A DNA stretch of 64,000 nt from Camelus ferus (lineage: Eukaryota): positions 113,524,001 to 113,588,000 of the forward strand of contig NC_045697.1 of the NCBI RefSeq assembly GCF_009834535.1. The letters are read 5' to 3'. The position numbers and the translations under genes were made by a program. Of the stretch, positions 1 through 12,707 are shown piece by piece (positions within the stretch are counted from its first letter, which is position 1; the number at the start of each line of letters is the position of its first letter). The notes beneath the pieces are model-generated. The model made no database searches. It was given only the letters and a program-made list of their open reading frames with translations, and was not told where the DNA came from.

Positions 1-217
1 CCTATCATCAAAAAGAACACGAATAACAAATGTTGGTGAGGATGTGGAGAAAAGGGAACATTTGCATGCTGCTGGTGGGAAAGTAAATTGGTGCAGCCAC
101 TGTGGAAAACAGTATGGAAGTTTCTCAAAAAACCAAAAATAGAACTGTCATGTGACCCAGCAATTCCACTCCGGGGTACACATCTGAAAAAAAACAAAGA
201 CACTAATTCAAAGAGAT
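1..217 (+). mobile_element. LINE-1 fragment (3' end of ORF2), truncated by the window edge
   Basis: Typical L1 text: tgttggtgaggatgtggagaaaaggg...ggtgcagccactgtggaaaacagtatgg...gacccagcaattccact. Confidence 0.9.
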
Positions 218-229
218 GGTGGATTGTTA

Positions 230-850
230 AAAGCAGGGATATTACAGGAAAAAAATGATTTCACGATTTAAACAAAGTTTAAATGAAAGACCAAGAGCAA
301 AACTTCCCGGTACGAAGGGGGAGACTAGGAAGTGTGAGCAAAGAATATAAACTATATGAATTAGTTCACGTGGAAACATGACCGTGAATGGAAGATGCAC
401 AAATAGGACTAGATGTCAGAAGATGCAGGAATAAGAAGAGCTATTTTTTTAACACCCAGATTAACACCTGAGCACATTTGTATACTGAGTTAGGGAACAA
501 ATATGGGGGAAGATGATGAGGATAATACAGAGGGAAGAGAAGTAGTTCATGGAGTAAGTCCCCTGCAGAAGCGGAAGATACCGAAATCAAGTACACAGAG
601 TGACTGCCGTCATGAGATTAAAAACTCAGATGGAAAGAGAAGGTGATGAAGTCAGATTGGAATGATGCTAAGAGAAAGGTGTGAGATTTCAAATCTGATG
701 GATTATATTTTCTCACAGAAGTCAGGAAAAAATAGTCCTGTGCTGAGAGATGGGCATCATACGTAGCTGTTATCAGTGAAGATTTGCGAGAACTTCTGGA
801 GAGATTTGGAGAGAAAGCACTGGGAGTTTCCAGATACAAGCTGGGCACTG
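230..850 (-). mobile_element. Degraded LINE-2 fragment
   Basis: tctgatggattatattttctcacagaagtcagg...tgctgagag resembles antisense L2; it mirrors the + strand L2 text near 52440. Confidence 0.5.
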
Positions 851-3045
851 CGTCTCAGTGGCCTGGGTGAAGTTTACAAATTGTTAGTCACACTATCCCA
901 TTACAGCATTCAATTTCAAAAAAAAAAAAAGGTATTTCTTACTTCACGGGCAGCTATTTATTTTTTTCCATCATTTTCAATGGCGGTGAATATTTAATTT
1001 TAATATAAATTCTTAGTTCATCTCACTTTATTTTAAAAAGTGAAAGTCAAATCCATTTGAAATGTTAAAGTTATTTAAGTGCATGAGATTTTACATCCAT
1101 AATTATGTAAATTAGAAAACTCCATGTCCCTAGATTTGATAGAAATGTTAGCAGAGTGAAACTGTTTTCATTGTGAGGGTCGTTGTGGGCGAGGGACCTA
1201 GCTGTGCATTTTTGATACGATGATTTAAAATCCAATTTGACATGTGCTAACAAAATTCTGGCCAATAAATCTCTTTGGTCTGATTGATTTATTTTTTTCT
1301 GAGTCCCATGTATATGAATGTTAGCCTTTGACTCTAAAGACTCTTCTGTCATCAGAAAAATCTTCCAAGTCTTTTTTTACTCCTCACTGTCTGAATAAAA
1401 ATCAAGGTGAGAAAAGCTATAAGCAATTGCTTTTATTACACTATAGAGATATTGTCTGGAGTTTGATAAGGACTTTTGCTAAGAGGTACTAATGTCTTGG
1501 CACCTATAAGCCAGTTCAAAAGTCAGGGACACAAGGGAGACCCAAAAGTTCTAGAGTCAACAGTTTTAATACACAGGAATTCTCAGTAACCTGGCGTTTG
1601 ATCTTACACAGCAAGTAGAAAGACTTCTGTTATATGTGGTTTATGCACATTATTCCCAGAATTCACCACTATAAAACACCAAAATGGGTAACTTCCAATT
1701 AAGGAGTTCCTCAATTTCCAATTCTACTCACCTAAATGTGGGAATCATCCCAAAATAGAGGTTTTAAATCTGGAGGTTAATTTATGATAAATAAGACTAT
1801 GTCTGTTTCAGATGGTAAATTTTAGGAAGGTCAATGTATGTGAGAACAGGTTTTTGTTAATTTATGCATCACTAAGTGTGTGTAATTTCACTGCTAATTT
1901 TACTTTCATCTTAATATAGCCTCTAAAACATTATTTTCTCTTCCTGAGATAAAGCAGTCTTTGGCTTTAAATTTCAGAGAGTTCCGTTACCGACTCAGAC
2001 TTTTGGCATCCTAAGGTGGGTCAAATGACACTATGGCCATGTCAGAAATAGTAAAAATAAACCCCAAATCTGTGACACCACTACTCTGTGTCAGTGATAT
2101 ACGTGATGTAGCCACTCTATAAGTGTATTATATAGTCAAATTATTAATCATTAATGCTTTCAAAAATGACTTAGTTGTTCCGTTGAAAATATTATCTTTG
2201 ACCTTTTGGAACAATTTCCAATAGTGCTGCCAATTGCACCCTTGTGGCTCATTTAGGTGAGTGTGGAAGACGTACCGAATAATTACAGCCTTACATGACG
2301 TGCAGGAGAGCCCGCACACGTTAATTTTTTTTTATTTTAAATATGTCATTGATAAGCCTAAAAAATAAGCAAATTAAACTGCACTAGATTGTGTAATTCC
2401 ATTTCATGGGGAAATAAAAGCTAAAACTTATACTTCCATTCCTCACTGAAGATTTTATTAAATATTGGCTAAAAAAGTTTTAATTGACAGGATAGGAAAA
2501 CCAAGTCATAGAGGTCAGCATGCCCTTTGGGCCAACAGCGAAGCATGATAATGGGGTGGCTTCCATTACTGGAACAAATCAATGGTCTACGGAGTAAATT
2601 AGGATTTAATTTGCACTTATCCAATATATTTAGATCTGCTTTTGACATTATGTTTTGTTCCAGTTCCTTGGGCAATTTCATCACCAGCAAATCTAAAGCA
2701 TAATCTGTAAGCAGCTCTAAGTGGTTGGCTGCATCTGTAACTAAGAAGTTCTGGAAAGTGATCCTATTTCAGATGAGATGACCTTTGAAATTCTCTGCGG
2801 GATTCCAGAAGCCAGCCGTTATACGGTGAACTGACCTGATGAATGACAGAAGAGTGAGCACCGAAATTTACAGCTGAGGGTTGCAAAAAACAGCACGAGA
2901 ATAGATATTCTTTCCACAAATCAATTATAGGTTTGGTGTTTATAAAGAGGTATGTCACGATGAAATTTATAGTTTTTCAGAGCGGATGTTAAAAGAAAGA
3001 AAAATTAGAAATTTGTATTTTTATTTTGAATACTTGATTATGCCC

Positions 3046-3115
3046 GTGTGTGTGCGTGTATACACAGTAAATATATGTGTTATACATATATTATATATGT
3101 GTATATATAGAGAGA
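3046..3115. repeat. (TG)n/(TA)n simple repeat
   Basis: tgtgtgtgcgtgtatacac...tatatatgtgtatatatagagaga. Confidence 0.8.
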
Positions 3116-3959
3116 AAACAACTATATTAAATAAGAAGATGAAATAATTGTTATTGACATAATACTGTGAAGATTTCATTCTAAATGACTGACCTTATAA
3201 AATAGACTCGGTTCATATTAACTTTCAACTCATTTTCACTATGTTTCCATATCCATAAGTAATGTTAGTTATTTCAGAATTCAGGTAGTAAAAATGAGAT
3301 GGAAGGTTTTGAAAGGAAATATTATGTGACTCATTGGACTGGCAGAGAAGATGAGTAAGACAGTGAGTTTGTCAGAGGACCATTTTAGAGAATGCATTTA
3401 GCAGTACATTTTTAAACAACGGTGACGATGCTGATAGATTCTAAATTGAAAGTCTGCAAACTTAATGAAATAATGACAGATGACGTTTACGTGCAATATA
3501 TCGCTAGCTCTAAAAAGTAGCACGTAGCTCTAGTCACATGACAGAGGCATAAAGAGACTCACCACTGAATCTAATGAATAATTTATTGATGGTTAACTCA
3601 CTCCTTCCATTTATTTCCTTGATGAGGATAGCGCACTTAATCAAGGGACATATAGATAGTAAAAAGCCAGAGTATCAAACAGTATTAACTGATTTACGCT
3701 GCAAACAAATGTGGACTGGTTAGCTAGGAGGTCCCTGGTGCTGGGCTCCAGGCTACAGTTCCAACCAGCAGTGGGAAAGGCGGAGGAGGGGCCGCACCTC
3801 CAGCTGCTTATATCAGAGTGTGGGGGAGAGGTGAGCAGGTAGGCAGCTCCCATGTGGTGTGTGGGGTTCTGTGGCAAAGGATTTGCAGCTCCTCCTGGGG
3901 GAGGAAGGCTGAGTGGTACCCGACATCCTTCCTTGAGGAGCTGGCGTTTATGGCAGAGC

Positions 3960-5065
3960 TAAAGGATGAGTTGGAATGAGTCAGGAAAAGAGGGTGGTGT
4001 CAACACATGTGCTTTACTCCATGTTAGACAGACTGGGTGCTGTGAATAGACTTTCCATGGAGCAAAACTGGACTCTGTATCAGAGGAAAGCAGTAATTGT
4101 AAAGACAATGGAATTGGGTGGTTATGACTCTGCTCAAGTGATGCTCTGATAAAAAAGTAAATAAGAGCAGAGACAATTGCCAATGAGAAGCCAAGTATAA
4201 AATTTAAAGGCCTCCTTGGTGGCATATGAGGGGTATTTATCACCTGCAGCAGAAAAAATAGAAAAAGCTCCAATGAAGGTCACACTCTCAGTCAAGGCTG
4301 GCCAGTCATGTAAAGGTTAGGGCCCTGCTTGGAAAGAATGGTGCTAATGCAGGTACTGATGGGTCAGATTTCGTGAGTCTTTGGTTTTCCCCGAACTCTG
4401 TGAGCCCGTAGAAGTAGCCAACTTTCCTGCAGAGAGGACTGGGGCTCTGTCATTGCTTGAAGATGATGCAAATGTCTCGTGGGATTTAATATCCCAGCAA
4501 GGGCCCTGTAAAATGATGCAGGCAGTCTAGGATATCCCATAAGGGTGGAAAAATCATGATCTGTATACTAAGTAAGGAAAAAAATGCTAAATGTGGTATG
4601 AGAGACTGTGGAAGGAGGGATTAAAGGCAAACAGCGGAGGGCAGGTTGATAGGTGTGTATTAGAGTGCATTTAAGTGTAAAGCTGAACAATTCCCAAAGA
4701 CTATACTTCACCCCCCTTCCTGGGAGATACACCCTTTTCCAAAGCCATGATGAGTTAGCCCTGAGAAGAGGCACGATGGAGCTGACAGAAGAAGATGCTG
4801 TGGAAAGCTGGGGTTTACAAATGGCAGGGAGGTTGTTGGAAATCTCCCCAGTAGAGGGCTGGCTGCAATGTTCAAATCTAGGTACAATTATTGCAGTGAG
4901 CGGCAGCCAAGGACCTCCAAAGCATTGGGGAGATACAGGAAGTAGTTAACAGCGCATGACAACCCTCAAGTGACAAGCAAGGATGCTGCTCACTCTGTAC
5001 AATCAAGGGTAAGGAAGGGACATTAGGTTGTTGAGGACGAGCTCTTTAATTAAAAAAAAATCACA
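3960..5065 (+). mobile_element. ERVL/MaLR internal (gag-like) relic
   Basis: aaggttagggccctgcttggaaagaatgg (cf. gag KVRALIGKEW); gagctgacagaagaagatgctgtgg (cf. LTVGDAV); ctgctcactctgtacaatcaag (cf. LLNLYNQK). Heavily decayed, no intact frame. Confidence 0.65.
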
Positions 5066-7237
5066 ATTTCTTCTTTCCTTCCCTCTTTCCCTTCCTCTCT
5101 CCCTCCCTTCCTTCCTTCAGTTTTTATTATTATTATTTTTAACCTAGAATCTCTCCATTGAAGTAGAGGTTCCCCAAGACGGCTGATTTTACCTGTTTCC
5201 TGATGCAATAGTGATGGGGGCTTATGACTTGACCATCTTTTCTTTATGCTGGTAGCAATTATTTCCTAGTTCAAAACTTTATGTCACCTTCATTCTCTTC
5301 ACAGTCGAGGGCTACAAGTTCTGAGTGCCTGTATTGCACTTTACTAGATCCTATATCTCCAGGCACAGTTCCGTCCATTGGTTACGGTGGGTCAGGTTAC
5401 ATGCCTGTGAACTGAGTAAGGGCCAGCTAATCCCATGTAGACGTTCAGCCTACACACCTTTCTGTTTTTCATATTGTGATGCACCCCCATGCGTTACCAT
5501 AGTTGCTATCTCCACGCCCTGAATCTCTCCCTCCGATGTCCTTCAGGGCAAGTCATCTTTCTTCTACTGTGGCTGCAACTGTCTCCGTGCTGCTAAATGA
5601 ATTATCTTCCTCCACATCCCCTCCACTGTTCTCCTTGTTCTCGAGGAGATACAGTGAACCCAGTTTCCAGAAAAGATTTCTTGATCTCTGGCCCTGTCCA
5701 ACCAACTTTACAAAGATAAACTTTTGGAGGGCTAGACTCTTTCTTATAAGTGATTTTCTTTTTTTTGCCCCCAAATCTATGCAAAGCTCTCAGTAAAGCG
5801 GGGATAGAAAAGAGAACTGGTGTTCTCTTCTCGAAATAAACATGTGGGCTCTGGATAGTAAATAAGACCATATAGGGAAGTACCCTCCTCAGAATTTTAT
5901 TTGAGACACCAGCGTTTGAAACTTAAGGGCTTGGTAATATTTCAGAATTAAAGCATGGAAAATGATACAGATGACTGATAATTGCAGGGGGAGGTAAATT
6001 TTGGATAATGGAATGAAGGATCAGTGTCAATTACAAAGCGAGGCCACCAGGAGACTCACCTAAAACCTCAATGATCTACAGTGAGCAGATGTACCCCATA
6101 AAGATGGTCTAGATAAATCAGGGGTCATCTCCAGAGCCTCTCTCTACTTTAACGAGGCTAATGCTTTTGGTAAGCATCCAAAGAGTTTCACGTGGGGGAA
6201 ATTTTACTGGGATGGGATTTTATTTATCTTCTTTCTCATCTAATATCTGGGTACTCATTCACTCATACTCCAGCACAACAGCTATTGCAAGCTAGGATGG
6301 TAAAAGCATTTTCTTATAAGACAGGCAGACAATATTAGTAAGCACTTCATCTTTGTTTCTCATATCTGTCACTTGCAAGCTACTTTTCTCATTGACTCCT
6401 TCCATGGACCTGACCTTGAAGAACTTAACATTTCCTCACAATATCAATCTCCATCCTGGAGTAACTGATTCCATCTCTGGATGGACACACTACCCAGGGG
6501 CTGAGAGCAGGATGGAGACAGTCTTTGCGTTGTGCCGCTGTGGGGCATGAGATCCAGGGAAACTGGGGAGGGATGGAGGAAAGAGGGGCTATCAGAAAAA
6601 GTTTTCCCTAACATCGTCTAAGAGGGACTGACAGGTATCAGCGGGAATAAACAAGAAACCATTTTGCAACTTATCTCGTGTGTGTGTGTGTGCACTTGGT
6701 CAGGTCATAAGCAAAGATTTTATTTCTGGTGATAAACCCTCTCTATTTGACCTTGAAAAAAATTAAGGAAATCATTAAAGGATATCAACATAAAGTTTAA
6801 TAATATTAGAGCATTATGAACTTGGGTTCTCTCAAAGCATCTAACCAATATTGGCTAGAATGGCAGGTGAATATTGGTCCAATTTGGGTTTTCTTCATTA
6901 AAAAATACCAGTTCTGCTTCTTGACTGGCACATGTACGTAGGCAGCATTGCCTGAATCACTTCTTAATGGTGCATTTGATATACTCATTAGAGTCCTGTC
7001 TTAATCTCTGGTAGTTATACAAAGTATGTCTCAATAACTGTAGAACTTAAATTCTCCATTTTGCATCCTTCTTCTCATTTTTGTTACCACGGTCATGGAT
7101 ATTGCAAAAACTCACTGACATGGTGAACAGAAGATAGTTACGATGCTTTTGTAGTACGGATGCTCTGAAAGGCTCCACGTTAAATGGCTGTGCCTGCAGA
7201 ACACTGCTCAAAATTTTATTCCAGGCTTTGATAATAT

Positions 7238-7400
7238 GCCTTAAAATCTGGTCTCCCCTAAAAGCAGAGCCTGAGACAGAGGTTTACATGGAAGGGGCCA
7301 AACTGAGCAGGAATTAGGAGGGGAGAGTGAGAGGGAAAATAGGAAAGGACACTAGAAAGGTGTGAGATTATTTGGCCATTATGCTGGAGATGGATCATGT
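7238..7400 (-). mobile_element. ERVL LTR fragment (LTR16/LTR33-like)
   Basis: ggtctcccctaaaagcagagcctgagacagagg matches the reverse complement of the LTR16/33-type 3' end. Confidence 0.55.
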
Positions 7401-7429
7401 CGTTTGCAGTCTCCATTTAATTCTTTCCA

Positions 7430-7780
7430 TGTCTCGGGCTTCCCATGTGTTGTTTCCTCTGTCTGCTCTGCTTCTCCCCTGTATGAGTTGGCTGACACCT
7501 GTGCCTCTAGTCTCTGTGTATTAGTTTGAATATCATTCACTGTGGAGAAGTTCTAGAACTTTCTTACAGCTCTTTCTACTCCCCAGTGATACCTTCATAG
7601 CAATTCTTTTCCTGTGTAGCACTTATAATTCCTTGGCAATTACTGGTTTCCTCATTAGATGGGACATTCCTGAAGGCAGGACGTTCCATGTGCTGCAATT
7701 AACACCCTCTTCGTACCTACGATACTCAGTATAGCTTTTCCTTTTTCTTTCTTTTTGTAGTGATAGAATGAATGAAGTAT
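7430..7780 (+). mobile_element. LINE-2 3' end
   Basis: ttagatgggacattcctgaaggcagg...gaatgaatgaa terminal motif. Confidence 0.6.
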
Positions 7781-7980
7781 CATTTTGTATTTATTATTTG
7801 TGAGTAAAGCTAACATACCTAAGTACAAATGAATGTGACTATAAAAATGAGACTGCTAACATAGTTCTTGATAAGATGCAGTCTTATTACCTTCTAGCCA
7901 GACATCTGGATAAATTGCACCTATGATAAGAATTATATATTCCTCATCAAATTTCACATACATTTTCCATCAAAATAAAT

Positions 7981-8242
7981 ATTTTATGTCTGTGAGTCTG
8001 TTTCTGTTTCATAAATAAGTTCTCTTGTCTCATTTTTTTTAAGATTCCACATGTAAGTGATATCATATGGTATTTTTCTTTCTCTTTTTGGCCCACTTCA
8101 CTTAGAATGACATTCTCCAGGGACATCCTTGTTGCTGCAAATGGCATTATGTTTTTTATGGCTGAATAGTATTCCACTGTATAAATATACCACAGCTTCT
8201 TTATCCAGTCATCTGTCGATGGACATTTAGGTTATTTCCATA
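7981..8242 (-). mobile_element. Relatively young L1 3' fragment
   Basis: Minus-strand ORF MEYYSAIK..MPFAATRMSLENVILSEV.QKEK.KYHMISL.CGI equals the L1 ORF2 C-terminus. Confidence 0.92.
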
Positions 8243-9004
8243 GTGATTAAGAATGTGCTGCTTTTATAGATATTTTGGTACTATATAGACCTGAAATGCA
8301 AGTCTGCTACATTGGGTCCTCAGTTGAAAAATAGTGATCTGAAATTAAGAAATAGTAGTCTCTTTCCATGCTTAAAAAACAAAAATCCAAAAAAACTGCC
8401 GAAAAAATATATTTTATTTCTTATGATGTATCTATCCACCTGTGAAAGTATATCTACCAAACTACAAAAGATCATTTCCCGTGTGGTGCCAATCTCATTG
8501 AATATTAACATGTCTGTTAACTAGTTTTAGGCAGGTCTGCTCCCAAGGTCTGCCACATTTTCATTTTTAAGTTCAAATTTCTATGATAATATGTTCCTGT
8601 AAAAATTAATTTTTCCCCAAGTATTTAAGCACCAAAAACTGGATATGGGCAAATATCAGAAAGATATTGAAGGACTTCCAATAGGTCCATTAGGTGTGAT
8701 CTATGTGTATAATTTTACTACCAAAGTATCTTACTAGTTTAAATTGGCATCTCCCTAATTCTGCCTGTCGGTAAATTATGATGTGCTTAAACTGAATAAA
8801 AATGAGTGCATTTCAAGGCCTCTTATAATTATATTTGCCACCATAGTGGCAAACTTTGGATATCTTTTTAGGAAACAACCATGAAATGGTAAATGTATAT
8901 TTCTTATAATTGAAGTGTAAACATGAATGGGTTTAAACAATTCCTCTTAAGTGTATCAGCCTAGTTACAGAGAGACTTCCCATTCCACTGATCAACAGAC
9001 TCTC

Positions 9005-9135
9005 CTGCAGGGGGTTCTTATATATTCACATTTTCTGGGCCTCATAATTGAATTCTGACCCAGCATGAGTGGAACAGATCCTGAGATTCTGTATTTTAAA
9101 ACAACTTGAGAATGATTCTGATTGTTAGCTGGAGT
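9005..9135. mobile_element. MER5-like hAT DNA transposon remnant
   Basis: attttctgggcctc...cctgagattctgtattttaaaacaac...gattctgat. Confidence 0.5.
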
Positions 9136-10134
9136 TAGGGCCCTTGGTCTAATACTTACACAAAAATTTTGACTATATATATATCTCCACAAAGAAGGAA
9201 ATGCCAGAATAGTTATTATGAACAATTATCATCACGCAAGCCCCTCAGTTATTTTAGTGAAGAAGTAATACTCTCCAGCTCTATCTCTGCGAACTAAAGT
9301 ATTAGAGATTGGTTTCTAGTTACACAATATTAGCTTTTCCCGTATTTACATAATTATCACTTTTCCAGTGCCTTCACTTCTAGCTGGAGAACTGTGAAAG
9401 ATTATGTACACAGGTTTCGAGTCAAAATTTTAAATACAGCTTGCATCATTTATACACAGTTAAATTATTTTCATAATATTTTTTCCCTAAAAAAACCCAG
9501 TGTTGGAACATTCTAAGAGCTGCTCACTCAGTTAGTGAATATTTTATTTCAGAAATATGTATTGTCAGATTTTTTTAGAAAATAAGTGTGATAGAAATGC
9601 ACTGCTGTGCATTCTTTGGGGGGGCCTTTCAACTGCTGATTTTTAGAACAACCTTCCATTCTGCACCAAGCACCGCTACGTGATGAGAACTATTTTTTGA
9701 GAAAGTAGGAGAATGAATTCCGAAGGGGAGCACTGACATCGAGAACTGAAATGACTTTCAGTCCGTAAATGCCTTTCATAATTCATGATTGTATCCAATT
9801 ACTTTCAAGGTAAATTTAGTCAACATTAATATGGTAGGAGAGTCTTACTGCAGGACTGTGTGCTGAAACCCCGGTGCTTGTCAATTCTGCTCGGTGATGG
9901 TCAATATAATACATAAATAATAATAATCATATGCAAAGGATGTGAAGACAGGGTTCCTAAATTCCCTGATAAGAACGCAGAAACACTCAGGTTACTCCCA
10001 CAAGGCGGGTTTGGCGAGCACCGGAAGTAGACAGATAATGTGATGCTTACACGATATGATTTCTGGGGAAGCCAGAAAAAGTTTGTTTTCTTCCTCTTGC
10101 CTCCTCAGAGTCAGTGTTCTCTAGTTATTTGGTA

Positions 10135-10395
10135 TACAGATGCTAGGCAAAGTGGATTCAAGTTCTCACGCAGACATTAACTAGCTGTGGAAAGAACCTG
10201 CAACAAATGACTTAACGTCTCCAGGCCTTGAATCTTGTACGTGCATCATACGTTCTTGACGATGTGAACAGCTATGAGTACCTCCCTCACAGGAGTGTCG
10301 TGAGGGTGGCAGGAGTTAGCGCAGCTAATATATGCCAAGGACTTAGAATAATACAGATCAGATGAAGAACTCGGTACGAGTCAGTTCTTAGTTTT
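10135..10395 (+). mobile_element. MIR SINE
   Basis: actagctgtg...aaatgacttaacgtctcc...tacctccctcacaggagtgtcgtgagg core-like sequence. Confidence 0.7.
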
Positions 10396-11479
10396 CTCCT
10401 GTAAACCTGTGCTATCTGTTGACTGATCCTGGGTTTACATTTCCCATCTGTCTAAATGCAAAGGCGCCAATGTGGGGTTGGCCGGTAAAGCCTGTCAGTC
10501 ACTTACACCTTCATGTAAATACCCATATAAAGCTTTTCCCATGTGTAGTCTCTGAGGAGGGGTTGGGGATAAAGAATGAAATCACCAGACATCCATTTGG
10601 AGGATGAATTCATGGATGACAGTGAAGAACAAGTGATGTTGAGGTCACAGAGGTCAAAGGAAACCTGAAGCCCATGGGACACGTTTGCACTGGGCCAGTG
10701 TCCACACTTTATGATAAAAGGAATGACAGATCGGTGGCCACTGCACTCATGTGCCAGCGGCAGGGACAGCAGTGCTTGGTCCCCCAGTCCCCTGAGCACT
10801 GGATGGCAGTGTCTGAGGTGCAGGGACTGCGTTTCCTTTAAACAGAATTTGCCCTCGCACAAACGTTCCTCTATTTCTGCAAATTAAATGGTAACACATA
10901 AAGATTTAGTCAAAGCCCAAGATAATAAAACTAACGTAGAGGGAGTTTTTTATATTTTTAATTTCTGGATAAAGTTGTCATTTATTTTCTTATCTAAGGG
11001 AGTCCCTAATTTTAGAAAGACAATGCTCAGAACATGGCTTTTTTCTTGTACAAGCTATTTTTTTTTTCATATCTATGCAAGATTTAGCTGGTGGCTTATT
11101 TGAAAACCCCCCACCATTTACCATTTTCCAGAAAAATACAAACTTACCAATTTTTTATCTGATTTACAGAGTGATAATATTTTGTAGAGTTTGAAAGCAA
11201 GATAATAACCCCTTTACTTTCTCTAATTTTCGGTACAGTTGAGGGATAAACATAGGTATTATGGCAGATTAAATATTTGCATTATAACTAAGAAGGAAAA
11301 AAAAGCTGATCTGGAGAACATTTGTGGTCAAATGGGCTTTTCTTCCAAATTAAACTTGCTGCCCTTTGTTGGGAGACAGTCCACCATGGCTCTACTGTTT
11401 CTTCACATCTTGTGAGCAAGGTGCATTTCACTGGCAGCTTTGTTCACTTTGTTATGGACCTTTTTTTTTCCCCCAAATA

Positions 11480-11810
11480 TGTTAGCACATCTGTTAGCTT
11501 TGGAAGATAGTGTCTTTCTTCTGCTCAGAGGGCAGATTTAGCTCCTGGCCAAGATAATAAAGCTCATGTCTTCTGTGGCAACCCCTGCATAAGTTGAGGG
11601 GGGTTTCCTCCTCCGTGATGCTAACCCACGGTGTGAGCAGCCTCTACCTGGGCTCTTGTCTCAGCTCCGCAGGGCCTCTGGGGCAGGTGCAAAGACAATG
11701 GATACAGACATGAAGTTGATGCTACGTGCATGGCCATCCGCAGTTTTACATCTTCCGCCAGCATCTGTGAAGGTGGCAGCCTACCTTGTTAGGTTGCACA
11801 GTTCCTGAGC
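11480..11810 (+). mobile_element. Old ERVL-type LTR remnant (MER77/MER74-like)
   Basis: gctaacccacggtgtgagcagc...acatgaagttgatgct...ccgccagcatctgtgaaggtggcagcctaccttgttaggttgca. Confidence 0.6.
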
Positions 11811-11821
11811 TGGGAGTCTCT

Positions 11822-11870
11822 GGAAAAAGGAAAAAAAGAAAAAGAAAAAAAAAAAAAAGAAAAAAAAAGA
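11822..11870 (+). repeat. A-rich / poly(A) tract
   Basis: ggaaaaaggaaaaaaagaaaaagaaaaaaaaaaaaaagaaaaaaaaaga. Confidence 0.9.
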
Positions 11871-12229
11871 GCTTTATTAGCTTGTATAGTTCCAAGGTTC
11901 TTTCTTTCCTGGCATTTGGATGAAAATTTCCCTTATTATCTCTGAATCTTTGTTTTTTGTTTGAAGAGTTCCACGGTCAAAAAACCAAACCAAGCCAAAA
12001 CAAACAAACAAACAAAACAGCCATTGGGGTGTCTGTGAGAGAAAATCAGGAAAGAAATGCACAAGAAAAGTAACATTTCAAGACATAATCTCGCCCCATA
12101 AAGTGTGACTAACGCATTTTCTGTACAAAATCAAATACACGCATGTCTTCCTGCCTCGCTCCCTGCAGGGTGGAAGAACACATCTCTATTTGACAAAAAG
12201 CTCATGCACCCTTCCTGATTCCTTCACTT

Positions 12230-12707
12230 TCTCTTTGGTGCATCAGTCCCTTGTAGACTCAGACTTCCAATGTGAGACTTGCATAAAATACCAAACTGGA
12301 GTTTGTGGAACATGGTGTCTGGAGTGGTTAGGTAGCTAAATGACTTGAGTCTCTCATGGGGTGAATCTTGTCCAGTAAGAAATGAAACACATAAGGGTAC
12401 AAATGGGTAAGTTGCCTTCCCCTTTTCCCCCATCAAGGTGTAGGTGTTTTTGCAGCCCTTCCATTGCAGCCCTCCAGACTGAATGCATACAAGGCAGAGT
12501 CACCTATCACACATCAGGAAAGTCATTTGTGAAAAGAGTAACCAGAGAAGTAATGCATCAGAGCTCTTGGATTTTCATTCTTCCTGGCCTCGCTTCCTTT
12601 GCCCCTCACTTCCACTGCATTGGATTTATAATCCACAAATAAAGCATTAACATTTTAACATCTATTCTTAGGCACATTTTTTTTCTAGAGAACTCTAAGT
12701 TGCCATA
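12230..12707 (+). mobile_element. Old ERVL LTR (LTR33/LTR41-like)
   Basis: 3' end aataaagcattaac...ttaggcacattttttttctagagaactctaagttgcca resembles this LTR group. Confidence 0.5.

Noticed and set aside
5503..5871. Cluster of overlapping ORFs on both strands
   Set aside because: No recognisable protein similarity and no convincing splice-site pair; consistent with chance.
7947..8177. 76-aa ORF as a host gene
   Set aside because: It is the C-terminal remnant of L1 ORF2.
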